NCBI GenBank assembly: GCA_021650915.1
Contig: CP091279.1
Location: 3,990,001-4,022,000, forward strand
From: Candidatus Brocadia sp.
GTDB taxonomy: Bacteria; Planctomycetota; Brocadiia; Brocadiales; Brocadiaceae
DNA: 32,000 nt
Direction: 5' to 3'
The translations under genes and the position numbers were made by a program. The notes beneath the pieces are model-generated. The model ran no database searches. It worked only from the letters and a program-made list of their open reading frames with translations, and had not been told where the DNA came from. Shown one piece after another: positions 7,603 through 16,086 of the stretch (its first letter is position 1; the number at the start of each line of letters is the position of its first letter).

Positions 7603-10115
7603 CAGGTATTATTTCCATATTCTTTGATAATCGCCAGTTTATCAATTTCTTTCATGAGATCATCCATTTCCTCTTTTTGCGGTTCCTTAAAACCTTCTCC
7701 CACCTGGTAATGGAATATGGTGCTGACACTTTCCTTAAACATATCTTCCATTGATTGCGTCAAGGCAATCAATCGCACATCGATGTTACTTAGCAAATAC
7801 GTTATTTGGTCAAAAAGGACGCTGGTTGTCACACCGGAATGGATAAACGAATGACGATCTAAATTACTTTCGATATCATGCATGAACCCTTCAATCTGAG
7901 CAATCTGGTTTTGCAAAAGGAGAGTCGCCTTTTCCAGATTCTTTTTCAACAACTGGGAGCTCTTCAAATAGTCAATATGGACGTCAGGCTCCTTGGATAT
8001 TTTTTTATCTTTATTCCTGGTACATAACGAAATTCGATGGTCAATGTCTTTCACTGCCTTGATCAACTGGTTGAGCCGATTCTCCATAGCTTCAAATTCA
8101 GATACATTTTGATAATAACACGTATCTTTTAATTCTTCATGGAATCTCTCGATCTCCGTTAAAAATGCGTCCAATTCTTTTGCGCTATAAGAAAAAAAAT
8201 CAAAATCATTTTTAAAAGTATTAACCCTGCGGGTCAGAGTTTCTGTTTCTATAATATTTTTCAGACCTGCTTTAATATCAACAAACTTTTTAAAAACAGA
8301 ATTTTGATGCAACTTTTGCATAAAAACGCCCCTGTTGCTGTTTTGTTCCTTCGCAGGAATGTCTCTGCTGGTAACAAAATCCTCAAGGGACTGTACCGTA
8401 TTGATGATCTTTCCGTAGGCAACTTCCTTCAATGGTTTGTCAAAGAGAAGACCTTGTAACTCTTTTAATAACCCGTGAGCGGTTTCCTGATCCTGAGTAT
8501 TTTTCAATATTCCCATGGCGTTCAACTCATTTTGTAGCATTTCAAATTTATTGGATCTGGCAAAAATGGTCTTCAGAGGATCCTGGATGTCCTTTTGTCT
8601 CTCCATATCCTTTATTAGCCCTTTCAACTCATCAAGGGTATGGGACAAACTGGTAAATAGCGGCACGGATTTTTTTGCCTCTAAAAAGGCATCTTTCCCG
8701 GACACCGTCTTCAGTTTTGATAACTTTTCCAAATTCGCACTAAACTTTCCGATAAGCTGCTGAATGTCTTCTTGTTCTGGTTTTAAGACCTGATCCTGGC
8801 GGAAAACGGGCTTTGTGGAAATATTGATCGTTACGGAGAATACCGCCTCAATGCATTTTTTCAGTAAGGAGCCAAATTTCTTTGAGGATTTTTGAGCAAG
8901 CTGAATCACATCCTGCGTTCCCGACGCGGCCGCGCCTGTGTCCTTTATCGTTAAAAAATCGAGATATGCAAGAAGTTTCCCGAAAGAATTCAGCAATTCC
9001 TGGTAATCATTTTGGAGCATCTGATGCTTTGAAATGGTTTGCAATTTCTTCAATTCATGATAATTTGCCGTTAAATTTTCCTGTTCACTCCGAATGTCAG
9101 GTTTGTTTTTCATGAATTTTTTTGTTAATCGCGCAACAAACTTTTCAATACAATTCGCGTAGGTTAAGAAGAGACCGCATTCCTCCAGAAGCTTAAACTG
9201 GCCATTCAGCCTGCCGGACGCAGAATAGATATAACCTGCGTATGCGGGAATACCCTTCCAGTTATTATTTTCAATGATACGCTCAAGCCGCATTAAATCT
9301 GAAAATAATTCTTTATTAAATAACAGCGGATTATCCGTTGATGCGATGTGATTAAAAATATCAGCGAAGAAACCAAGGTCATCAATTTTTTCCTCAACGA
9401 TTTTCATCTCGCTCTCCTGAAGATGAAAGATTCTTAGCTTCAGATAATGCTGCTCTAAATCTAATTTGAGGATCAAAGAGATAAAATGGAGATTGACATA
9501 AATTTCCTTCAATCCCGTTGTCGTAAAGACCTTATTTTTCGTTTCAATTTTATTGAACCGAAGCTCCCTGCCTAATTTTTCCGAAGTTAATGGCAATCCG
9601 TTGAGAATTAAGTAGTCGCCGAACCGTCCTGTATACTTTTCATACGATTCCGCGTGGGTAATATAGTTGCGATGGATGTAATCCGGTGCACAAGCATCCG
9701 CCTGACCCTGTTCTGTTTCGTCAATGATCAGGAGATTGCTCGCGCCCTTTTCAATTCCTTTTTTGTAATGCAGTACGACATGAGGCTTCATCAGACATTG
9801 AATGAGGGACTCAATCTCAGATGGAGTAGCGGTAATGGCCGCTTCCACAAGACCTTTTTCTTTCACGGTAAGGATAGTATCAATTTTGCCGTTATGAAAC
9901 AACCGCCTGGAAATAATTTTCAGGGTCTTTTCAAAAGAAGTATCGATAACCTGCCCTTGAAACGTAACACGGAAGGCCTTCATCGGTTCCTTTGCCGACT
10001 TTCCCCTGGTCCTCGTTTTTACTTCGTCTATCTGTGCCCGCACAATCTCAGAGGTGTGATACTTCTTTTTTAAGAGCTCATACAAATAATTAGATGCTTG
10101 AGTTTTCATATGCAC
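7602..10115 (-). CDS. Large hypothetical protein (837 aa): N-terminal mixed-composition region of about 250 aa followed by a long K/E/L/I/N-rich, probably helical or coiled-coil region
   Basis: The reading frame is uninterrupted for 2.5 kb. It starts at GTG 10115 or ATG 10109. I found no Walker A, nuclease, protease, TM or signal motifs by eye. The DNA is visibly more AT-rich than the neighbouring genes. Confidence 0.6.
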   Translation of the reverse strand: MHMKTQASNYLYELLKKKYHTSEIVRAQIDEVKTRTRGKSAKEPMKAFRVTFQGQVIDTSFEKTLKIISRRLFHNGKIDTILTVKEKGLVEAAITATPSEIESLIQCLMKPHVVLHYKKGIEKGASNLLIIDETEQGQADACAPDYIHRNYITHAESYEKYTGRFGDYLILNGLPLTSEKLGRELRFNKIETKNKVFTTTGLKEIYVNLHFISLILKLDLEQHYLKLRIFHLQESEMKIVEEKIDDLGFFADIFNHIASTDNPLLFNKELFSDLMRLERIIENNNWKGIPAYAGYIYSASGRLNGQFKLLEECGLFLTYANCIEKFVARLTKKFMKNKPDIRSEQENLTANYHELKKLQTISKHQMLQNDYQELLNSFGKLLAYLDFLTIKDTGAAASGTQDVIQLAQKSSKKFGSLLKKCIEAVFSVTINISTKPVFRQDQVLKPEQEDIQQLIGKFSANLEKLSKLKTVSGKDAFLEAKKSVPLFTSLSHTLDELKGLIKDMERQKDIQDPLKTIFARSNKFEMLQNELNAMGILKNTQDQETAHGLLKELQGLLFDKPLKEVAYGKIINTVQSLEDFVTSRDIPAKEQNSNRGVFMQKLHQNSVFKKFVDIKAGLKNIIETETLTRRVNTFKNDFDFFSYSAKELDAFLTEIERFHEELKDTCYYQNVSEFEAMENRLNQLIKAVKDIDHRISLCTRNKDKKISKEPDVHIDYLKSSQLLKKNLEKATLLLQNQIAQIEGFMHDIESNLDRHSFIHSGVTTSVLFDQITYLLSNIDVRLIALTQSMEDMFKESVSTIFHYQVGEGFKEPQKEEMDDLMKEIDKLAIIKEYGNNT

Positions 10116-10225
10116 AATGTAATAAAACTTTCTGGGACTGTCAAAATAATTCTTATTATCATCAAAGATTATCGAATTTCTATTTGTTTGCCGGATGCAA
10201 GCAACTTTTTATGCAAGGCGAAAGA

Positions 10226-10375
10226 GTAACACTTTAGTTTTTTGAAAAAGTAGGGGCGAAGCATTTGCCTGCTTGGGGTGTGAATACCTTTATGCCAATT
10301 TATGGCAAATGCTTCGCCCCTACACCATGCGGCAACATCGTATTATGGTAATTTTTCAAAAAACTAAAGTGTTAC
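10226..10375. mobile_element. MITE-like non-autonomous element, copy A (150 bp)
   Basis: It has perfect 24-bp terminal inverted repeats (GTAACACTTTAGTTTTTTGAAAAA ... TTTTTCAAAAAACTAAAGTGTTAC). A second internal inverted pair is GTAGGGGCGAAGCATTTGCC / GGCAAATGCTTCGCCCCTAC. It is flanked by a perfect 8-bp direct duplication, GCGAAAGA (10218-10225 and 10376-10383). It has no coding capacity. Confidence 0.85.
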
Positions 10376-10913
10376 GCGAAAGATAATCTTTTCAGTGGAG
10401 TCTTCCACCGCCGTTCCTGACTTTGGCCTTGCAGCCTTCCACCACCTCTCTCTGCCTTAAAATCAACAACATCCATTGTTTTCCCCGTCACGACCAGATT
10501 CTCATCTTTTTCAATGTTCTTAGCCGGGGTTCTCCTGTGAAAAATACGTAATGGTGGTCTCCGCAATCATGCCCGTTTGCCTTTCAACTTGTGACCATTG
10601 ACAAAGCGCGTGTAAGGGACTATTTACATGAAACAATTATACCCTTCAGAAGTAAATGCGCAACTATGTTTTTTGTTCAACATGACGACATCAGATTTTC
10701 TTCTCAACAATAGTATCACTTTATTATAATTTTTTATTTGAAGAATAGTTATGATATTATTATAGTATTATCGTAAATGTGTTTTATCCTTTGGGAAGCA
10801 TGAAAATTACGACCTTGTTTTTCCGTTTAGCGTCTCACATTGCACCTTTGAAACGACCATTTGCGCGCATCTTCGAAATTCCCGTATAAAATTTTTAACA
10901 TGTAAAATCAAGC

Positions 10914-12992
10914 ATGTTAAGTATTTTCATTACAAAGAACTCTTTTCCTCTTTCTGACGCACTTGGGAAATTTCGGCTGACCCTTATCACCCTTTTCATT
11001 CCTTTCTGTTTCTTGCCTTGCCTGTGTCTGGCAGAAGCAGAACAGGAACACATTCTGGAATCAACACCCATAAGCGACGAGGTGATTCTTTTCCAGGAAA
11101 TCCCCTCAGTTTATAGCGCCTCAAAATATGAGCAGAAGGTAACCGAAGCGCCTTCTTCCGTGAGTATTATAACGGCGGATGAAATCAAGAAATATGGGTA
11201 TCGAAATTTTTCGGAAATTTTACGGAGCATACGGGGTTTCCATATCACCTATGATAGAAACTATCATTACGTGGGGGTAAGAGGGTTTGGATTGTCCGGA
11301 GATTACAATACCCGCATCCTCCTCCTTATCGATGGGCATAGAATAAATGACGCTATTTATGACCAGGCGCCTATCGGTACGGATTTCCCTCTTGATATCG
11401 ATCTTATCGAGCGCATTGAGATTATCCGCGGCCCGGGGTCTTCCCTGTATGGCACCAATGCATTTTTTGGCGTTGTCAACGTAATTACCAGGAAGGGCAG
11501 AGGGTTCAGAGGAGCAGAGGCTTCGGCAGAAGCGGGTACTTTTGAGACATACAAGACGCGTATGAGCTACGGTGAAAAATTTTCCAACGGTCTTGAAATG
11601 GTAATTTCCGGCTCTTATTATGAGAGTGAAGGAGATGACCGGCTTTTTTTCCAGGAATTCGATCAACCGGCAAACAACCATGGCATTGCGGAAGATCGGG
11701 ATCGTGATCAGTTTGAAAATATTTTCGCCGAGATTCTGTATCGTGATTTTACCTTACAGCTAAATTACCATGACAGGGAAAAGGACGTTCCAACCGCCCC
11801 CTTTGGCACGCTCTTTAATGAGCAGTTTTTTACTGCTGATGAGCGGGGCTGGGCTGACCTAAAGTACGAACGGATATTTGGCGACCAATTCAGTTTTCTA
11901 TCCAGAGTCAGCTATAATTTTTATGATTATAACGATGATTATTTTACCAGTCCACCGACTGGAAAATTAAAAACTTCTGATGTCATTGACAGTCAATGGT
12001 TACAAGGGGAGGTTCAGATAACCAAAACATTTTTTGAAAGGCATAAATGCACCTTTGGTATAGATTCCCGATATAATATGCAGCAGGACCAGCGCACCTT
12101 TAATCATATACAGGAGGGAACAGTTCCCGGTATCAAGCGGGAAATCCTCGATGACAAACGTGAATCAGAGTATTTTGCAGGTTATCTTCAGGATGAATTT
12201 ACTCTTACCGACTTTTTGACCTTGCAGGCAGGCGTTCGGTTTGATTATTTTGAAACCTTTGGGGGAACTGCTAACCCGCGTGCTGCCCTGATTTATACCC
12301 CCTTCGAGAAAACGGCGTTTAAGTTCGTCTATGGCCGGGCATTTCGCGAACCAAATGCCTATGAACTCTATTACAGCGACGACACCTCCCAGAAGTCCAG
12401 TCCCGATCTTGACCCCGAGACGATTGATACCTATGAGATCATTTACGAGCAGTATTTTGCAAAATACTTCCGTGGAACCATTGTTGGTTTTTACAACTCA
12501 ATTGACGATTTCATTTCCTTAACAACGGATCCTCATGACGGCCTTCTCGTGTTTGACAATGTTGACGGAGTTCATGCAAGAGGTTTTGAATTTGAACTGG
12601 AAGGAAAATCTGAGCTTGGATTTGAGGGGCGTGCAAGTTATAGCATCCAGGAAGCTGAAGGCGGTGATTCCGGGGGTATCCTGGTGAATTCTCCCAAACA
12701 CCTGGCCAAGTTCAATATGATTATCCCCATGTTCAAGAGAAAACTTTTTTTAAGCGGTGAAGAACAGTATACCGGCAAGAGGAGAACAATCATGGGCAGC
12801 TCTGCAGGAGACTATTTCATTACGAATGTAACGCTTTATAGTCGTAATATTTTTAAAACACTGGAAGTTTCAGGAGGCGTTTTTAACTTGTTCGACATGG
12901 AATATGAGGACCCGGGCGGAGAAGAACACGCCCAGGATGTTATTGAACAGGATGGCAGGGTATTTCGAATCAAGATTACGTACGCATTTTAA
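10914..12992 (+). CDS. TonB-dependent outer-membrane receptor (plug plus 22-strand barrel type)
   Basis: It has a signal peptide. Plug motifs are APSSVSIITADEIKKYGYRNFSEILRSIRGF, RILLLIDGHRIND and IEIIRGPGSSLYGTNAF. The barrel ends with RIKITYAF, a terminal aromatic residue. Confidence 0.85.
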   Translation: MLSIFITKNSFPLSDALGKFRLTLITLFIPFCFLPCLCLAEAEQEHILESTPISDEVILFQEIPSVYSASKYEQKVTEAPSSVSIITADEIKKYGYRNFSEILRSIRGFHITYDRNYHYVGVRGFGLSGDYNTRILLLIDGHRINDAIYDQAPIGTDFPLDIDLIERIEIIRGPGSSLYGTNAFFGVVNVITRKGRGFRGAEASAEAGTFETYKTRMSYGEKFSNGLEMVISGSYYESEGDDRLFFQEFDQPANNHGIAEDRDRDQFENIFAEILYRDFTLQLNYHDREKDVPTAPFGTLFNEQFFTADERGWADLKYERIFGDQFSFLSRVSYNFYDYNDDYFTSPPTGKLKTSDVIDSQWLQGEVQITKTFFERHKCTFGIDSRYNMQQDQRTFNHIQEGTVPGIKREILDDKRESEYFAGYLQDEFTLTDFLTLQAGVRFDYFETFGGTANPRAALIYTPFEKTAFKFVYGRAFREPNAYELYYSDDTSQKSSPDLDPETIDTYEIIYEQYFAKYFRGTIVGFYNSIDDFISLTTDPHDGLLVFDNVDGVHARGFEFELEGKSELGFEGRASYSIQEAEGGDSGGILVNSPKHLAKFNMIIPMFKRKLFLSGEEQYTGKRRTIMGSSAGDYFITNVTLYSRNIFKTLEVSGGVFNLFDMEYEDPGGEEHAQDVIEQDGRVFRIKITYAF

Positions 12993-13027
12993 TTTATTAG
13001 GCGATACGTACCGTGCCTGGAGAAAAG

Positions 13028-13963
13028 ATGCCTATCATTCTCAATGCCTTCATTATAGCATTCATTATCGTATATATCAATATTCCCGAAATCTTAGCTG
13101 ATGAATACCAAATCGCAGTGCTTGCCAGTCGCAACGAATCCCCTTATAAGGAGGTAATTGCGGGTTTTCAGAAAACAATCATAGACCAGAGAAGAGATAC
13201 AAAGTGCAATGTCTTTATCATGGAAAACGATAAAACGCAAATATCACAAAGCTTTCGTGACATCAAAAAAATCAAACCCAGGGTACTCTTTACGGTTGGA
13301 ACTGCTCCCACGGTAGAAGCTCTCAAAGTATTTACTGATATACCCGTTGTTGCAACCCTTGTGCTTGATGATGATATGATACTGCACGCACGTAATGCTA
13401 CCGGGGTAATACTCAGTTTTCCCATAGAAACACAGTTCCATTTGCTCAAAAACTTTCTCCCGGAGGCAAAAAAGATTGGTGTTATTTACAACCCTGCGGA
13501 AAACCGGGAAAAAATCCGATCCGCCACAATCATAGCAGAAAAAATGGGGCTCGATCTTCATCCTGTGGATGTCCATTCGCCCAAAGATATTCCCAAGGCA
13601 CTCAAGACCTTGGCAAGTGGTATTGACATCTTGTGGGGAATAAATGATGCCCTGGTATTTAACTCGCTAACGGCAAAACAAATCTTGCTATTTTCCTTTA
13701 GAAATCATGTGCCATTCAGCGGTCTTTCTTCCACTTGGGTAAAGGCAGGCGCTCTGTATGCGCTGGAATATGATTTTCATGATATCGGCGTGCAGTGTGG
13801 CGAAAAATCCCTTAAGATCCTGCAGGGGGCAAAAGTAAACTCTCTGCCCGTATGTTTACCCCGAAAATTGCTTTATGCTTTGAATCTGAGAACGGCCAGA
13901 TACATGAAGATAAAATTTCGCGAAGAGCACATTCATAATGCATATCAGATTTTTGATGAATGA
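13028..13963 (+). CDS. Periplasmic ABC_sub_bind-family (PF04392-like) solute-binding protein, without adjacent permease or ATPase genes
   Basis: The pattern YQIAVLAS...PYKEVIAGF...VGTAPT...IPVV...ATGV...IGVIYNPAENREK...ND is typical of the family. The track start is GTG 13013; ATG 13028 has a better-placed GGAGAAAAG RBS. Confidence 0.7.
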   Translation: MPIILNAFIIAFIIVYINIPEILADEYQIAVLASRNESPYKEVIAGFQKTIIDQRRDTKCNVFIMENDKTQISQSFRDIKKIKPRVLFTVGTAPTVEALKVFTDIPVVATLVLDDDMILHARNATGVILSFPIETQFHLLKNFLPEAKKIGVIYNPAENREKIRSATIIAEKMGLDLHPVDVHSPKDIPKALKTLASGIDILWGINDALVFNSLTAKQILLFSFRNHVPFSGLSSTWVKAGALYALEYDFHDIGVQCGEKSLKILQGAKVNSLPVCLPRKLLYALNLRTARYMKIKFREEHIHNAYQIFDE

Positions 13964-15666
13964 TTATGGCAAGGACAAAAGAGACGACGGGAAAGAGACG
14001 ATTAAGCATTGCGGCGAAGTTTAATCTTCTAACCATTTTTATTATTCTGGTAACTGCGGCAGGAATAAGCTATTTCCTCATACAAAATGCTACTTCTCAT
14101 ATATATCGCAACCTGGTAAATCATGGCTTAATTATTGCCGGCATGGCGTCGCAAACCAGTGAATACTGTATCTACACCGGGGACAAAGAATCTATGAAGC
14201 TGATTATTGAAAGTCTGGAAGTGGATGAAGACATTGCCTATGTATGCCTTCTTGATAAAGAAAAAAGGCAACTTATGTTCAAAATCTTTATCCCTGGATT
14301 GGTAATTCCACCGCTTCCTCAAGGGGAGATGACAGACGACGGCTTCACCTTCACAACACACTACGAAGAATTTATAAATAGAGAAGATGGGAACCGATAC
14401 CTCGGCTTCTTTTCTCCCGTAATTGGCTATATCAATAACAAACCAAGCGATGAATTCTCAACCCACAAAGAAAGTGCGAACCAGGAGATTATTGGATATG
14501 TTCACCTTGGGTTATCGCTTCAAAACCTTCACAAAAGGATAAAGCAATTTCAGATATCTACGCTGGCCTTTACCTCGCTCTTCATATTTCTTGGCGTTAT
14601 CTTAACCCTGTTTCTTACAAAAAGAATTACTCTTCCCATCAAGAAATTAAGCTTAATAACAAAAAAAGTATCAATGGGTGTATTCGAACACACGGTTTCT
14701 GTTCGCACAAACGATGAAATTTCCGATCTTGCAGCCACCTTTAACCATATGGTCGACCGACTGCGAGCGTATCGCGAGGCGATAGAGTCACACAATCAGG
14801 AACTCTTAAATACCAATGAACACCTGTTACAGGAGATCACGATCCGTAAACAGATAGAGAGGGCGCTTGAAGAAAAGACTCGGGAGATTATCCGTTCGAA
14901 TAAGGATTTGGAGCAATTCGCCTATATCGTTTCCCATGATTTACAGGAACCCCTGCGAAAGGTAATGGTGTTTGGTGATCGGTTGAGTACGAAATATGGA
15001 CATGCCTTATCCCATGAAGGGCGTGATTATATCGATCGTATGAAAAATGCGTCACAGCGGATGCAAACCCTCATAACCGATCTTCTTGCTTACTCAAGAG
15101 TCACCACCCATACCAGACCATTCACCCGGGTTGATCTTGCCAGGCTCATTCAGGAGGTAATCAGCGATCTGGAAATCCGGTTAGAAAGAACGGGAGGACG
15201 GGTAATCCTTGGGAATTTACCGACTGTTCATGCTGATGCTGTTCAAATGCGACAGTTATTTCAAAATCTCATCGGGAACGCCCTGAAATACCATCGTGAT
15301 GGGGTGCCGCCGGTGATTGAGATTCAGACACACTACCCCAAGGGCATGAAGGAAGACCACACACAGACCTCTCACCGTAATGACTTGTGCGAAATTACGG
15401 TTGCAGATAACGGAATTGGGTTTGAAGAGAAGTATGCCGAGTACATCTTTGGAATTTTCCAGAGATTACACCGGCGCGATGAATACGAAGGAACTGGTGT
15501 AGGGCTGTCGCTTTGCCGAAAAATTGTAGAGCGTCACGGCGGAAGGATCACCGCAACAAGCGCTCCCGGGAAGGGTGCGAAATTTACTATTGTATTACCG
15601 GTAGCGCCAGCACAAGAAAAAAGCCATGGAAGGCACAAAGAAATTATTTCCCATCTTAATAGCTGA
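13960..15666 (+). CDS. Sensor histidine kinase (TM - periplasmic sensor domain of about 165 aa - TM - HAMP - HisKA - HATPase)
   Basis: Its start overlaps the upstream stop (ATGA). The H-box is FAYIVSHDLQEPLRKV, the N-box LIGNALKYH, G1 DNGIGF and G2 GTGVGLSLC. Confidence 0.85.
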   Translation: MIMARTKETTGKRRLSIAAKFNLLTIFIILVTAAGISYFLIQNATSHIYRNLVNHGLIIAGMASQTSEYCIYTGDKESMKLIIESLEVDEDIAYVCLLDKEKRQLMFKIFIPGLVIPPLPQGEMTDDGFTFTTHYEEFINREDGNRYLGFFSPVIGYINNKPSDEFSTHKESANQEIIGYVHLGLSLQNLHKRIKQFQISTLAFTSLFIFLGVILTLFLTKRITLPIKKLSLITKKVSMGVFEHTVSVRTNDEISDLAATFNHMVDRLRAYREAIESHNQELLNTNEHLLQEITIRKQIERALEEKTREIIRSNKDLEQFAYIVSHDLQEPLRKVMVFGDRLSTKYGHALSHEGRDYIDRMKNASQRMQTLITDLLAYSRVTTHTRPFTRVDLARLIQEVISDLEIRLERTGGRVILGNLPTVHADAVQMRQLFQNLIGNALKYHRDGVPPVIEIQTHYPKGMKEDHTQTSHRNDLCEITVADNGIGFEEKYAEYIFGIFQRLHRRDEYEGTGVGLSLCRKIVERHGGRITATSAPGKGAKFTIVLPVAPAQEKSHGRHKEIISHLNS

Positions 15667-16072
15667 AGACGATCCGGATGACCGTCTCATCATACACGAC
15701 GCCTTTGAAGAAGCCGGCATGCATCATGCGGTTCATTACGTCGAGGATGGTCAGGAGTTAATGGATTATCTTTGCTTGCGGGGAAAATACTCCTGGCCAA
15801 ACCATTCACCGCGCCCGGGTATTATTCTCCTTGATCTGAATATGCCCAAAAAAAACGGACAAGATGCGCTAAGCGAAATCAAATCAGACCCGAGCCTGAA
15901 GCGAATCCCTGTTATTGTCATGACAACATCAAAAAGAGACGAGGATATCGGATTTCTGTATGATTTGGGCGCAAATTCATACATCCATAAACCAACGGAT
16001 TTTGCAACATTAGTAACAATTGTAAAGACGTTATCAAGATATTGGTTCGAAATTGTTGAACTCCCATCATAA
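15626..16072 (+). CDS. Single-domain CheY-like response regulator (Rcp1-like)
   Basis: Motifs are ILIAEDDPDDRLI, LLDLNMPKKNG (phospho-acceptor Asp) and SYIHKP. Its start lies 41 nt inside the end of the kinase gene, in another frame. Confidence 0.8.
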   Translation: MEGTKKLFPILIAEDDPDDRLIIHDAFEEAGMHHAVHYVEDGQELMDYLCLRGKYSWPNHSPRPGIILLDLNMPKKNGQDALSEIKSDPSLKRIPVIVMTTSKRDEDIGFLYDLGANSYIHKPTDFATLVTIVKTLSRYWFEIVELPS

Positions 16073-16086
16073 GGAGTAGAAATGCG

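Noticed and set aside
9990-10030. A possible P-loop in the 837-aa protein (KTRTRGKSAKE).
   Set aside because: It does not fit the G/A-x4-GK-S/T pattern because the first position is Lys, and there is no convincing Walker B partner. It is treated as chance.
10372-10566. A 64-aa minus-strand ORF abutting MITE copy A; repairing the insertion would extend it to about 80 aa.
   Set aside because: Its composition is Arg/Pro-rich and it has no RBS, motif or family resemblance. I cannot support it as a gene, though the MITE may have hit a small unknown ORF.
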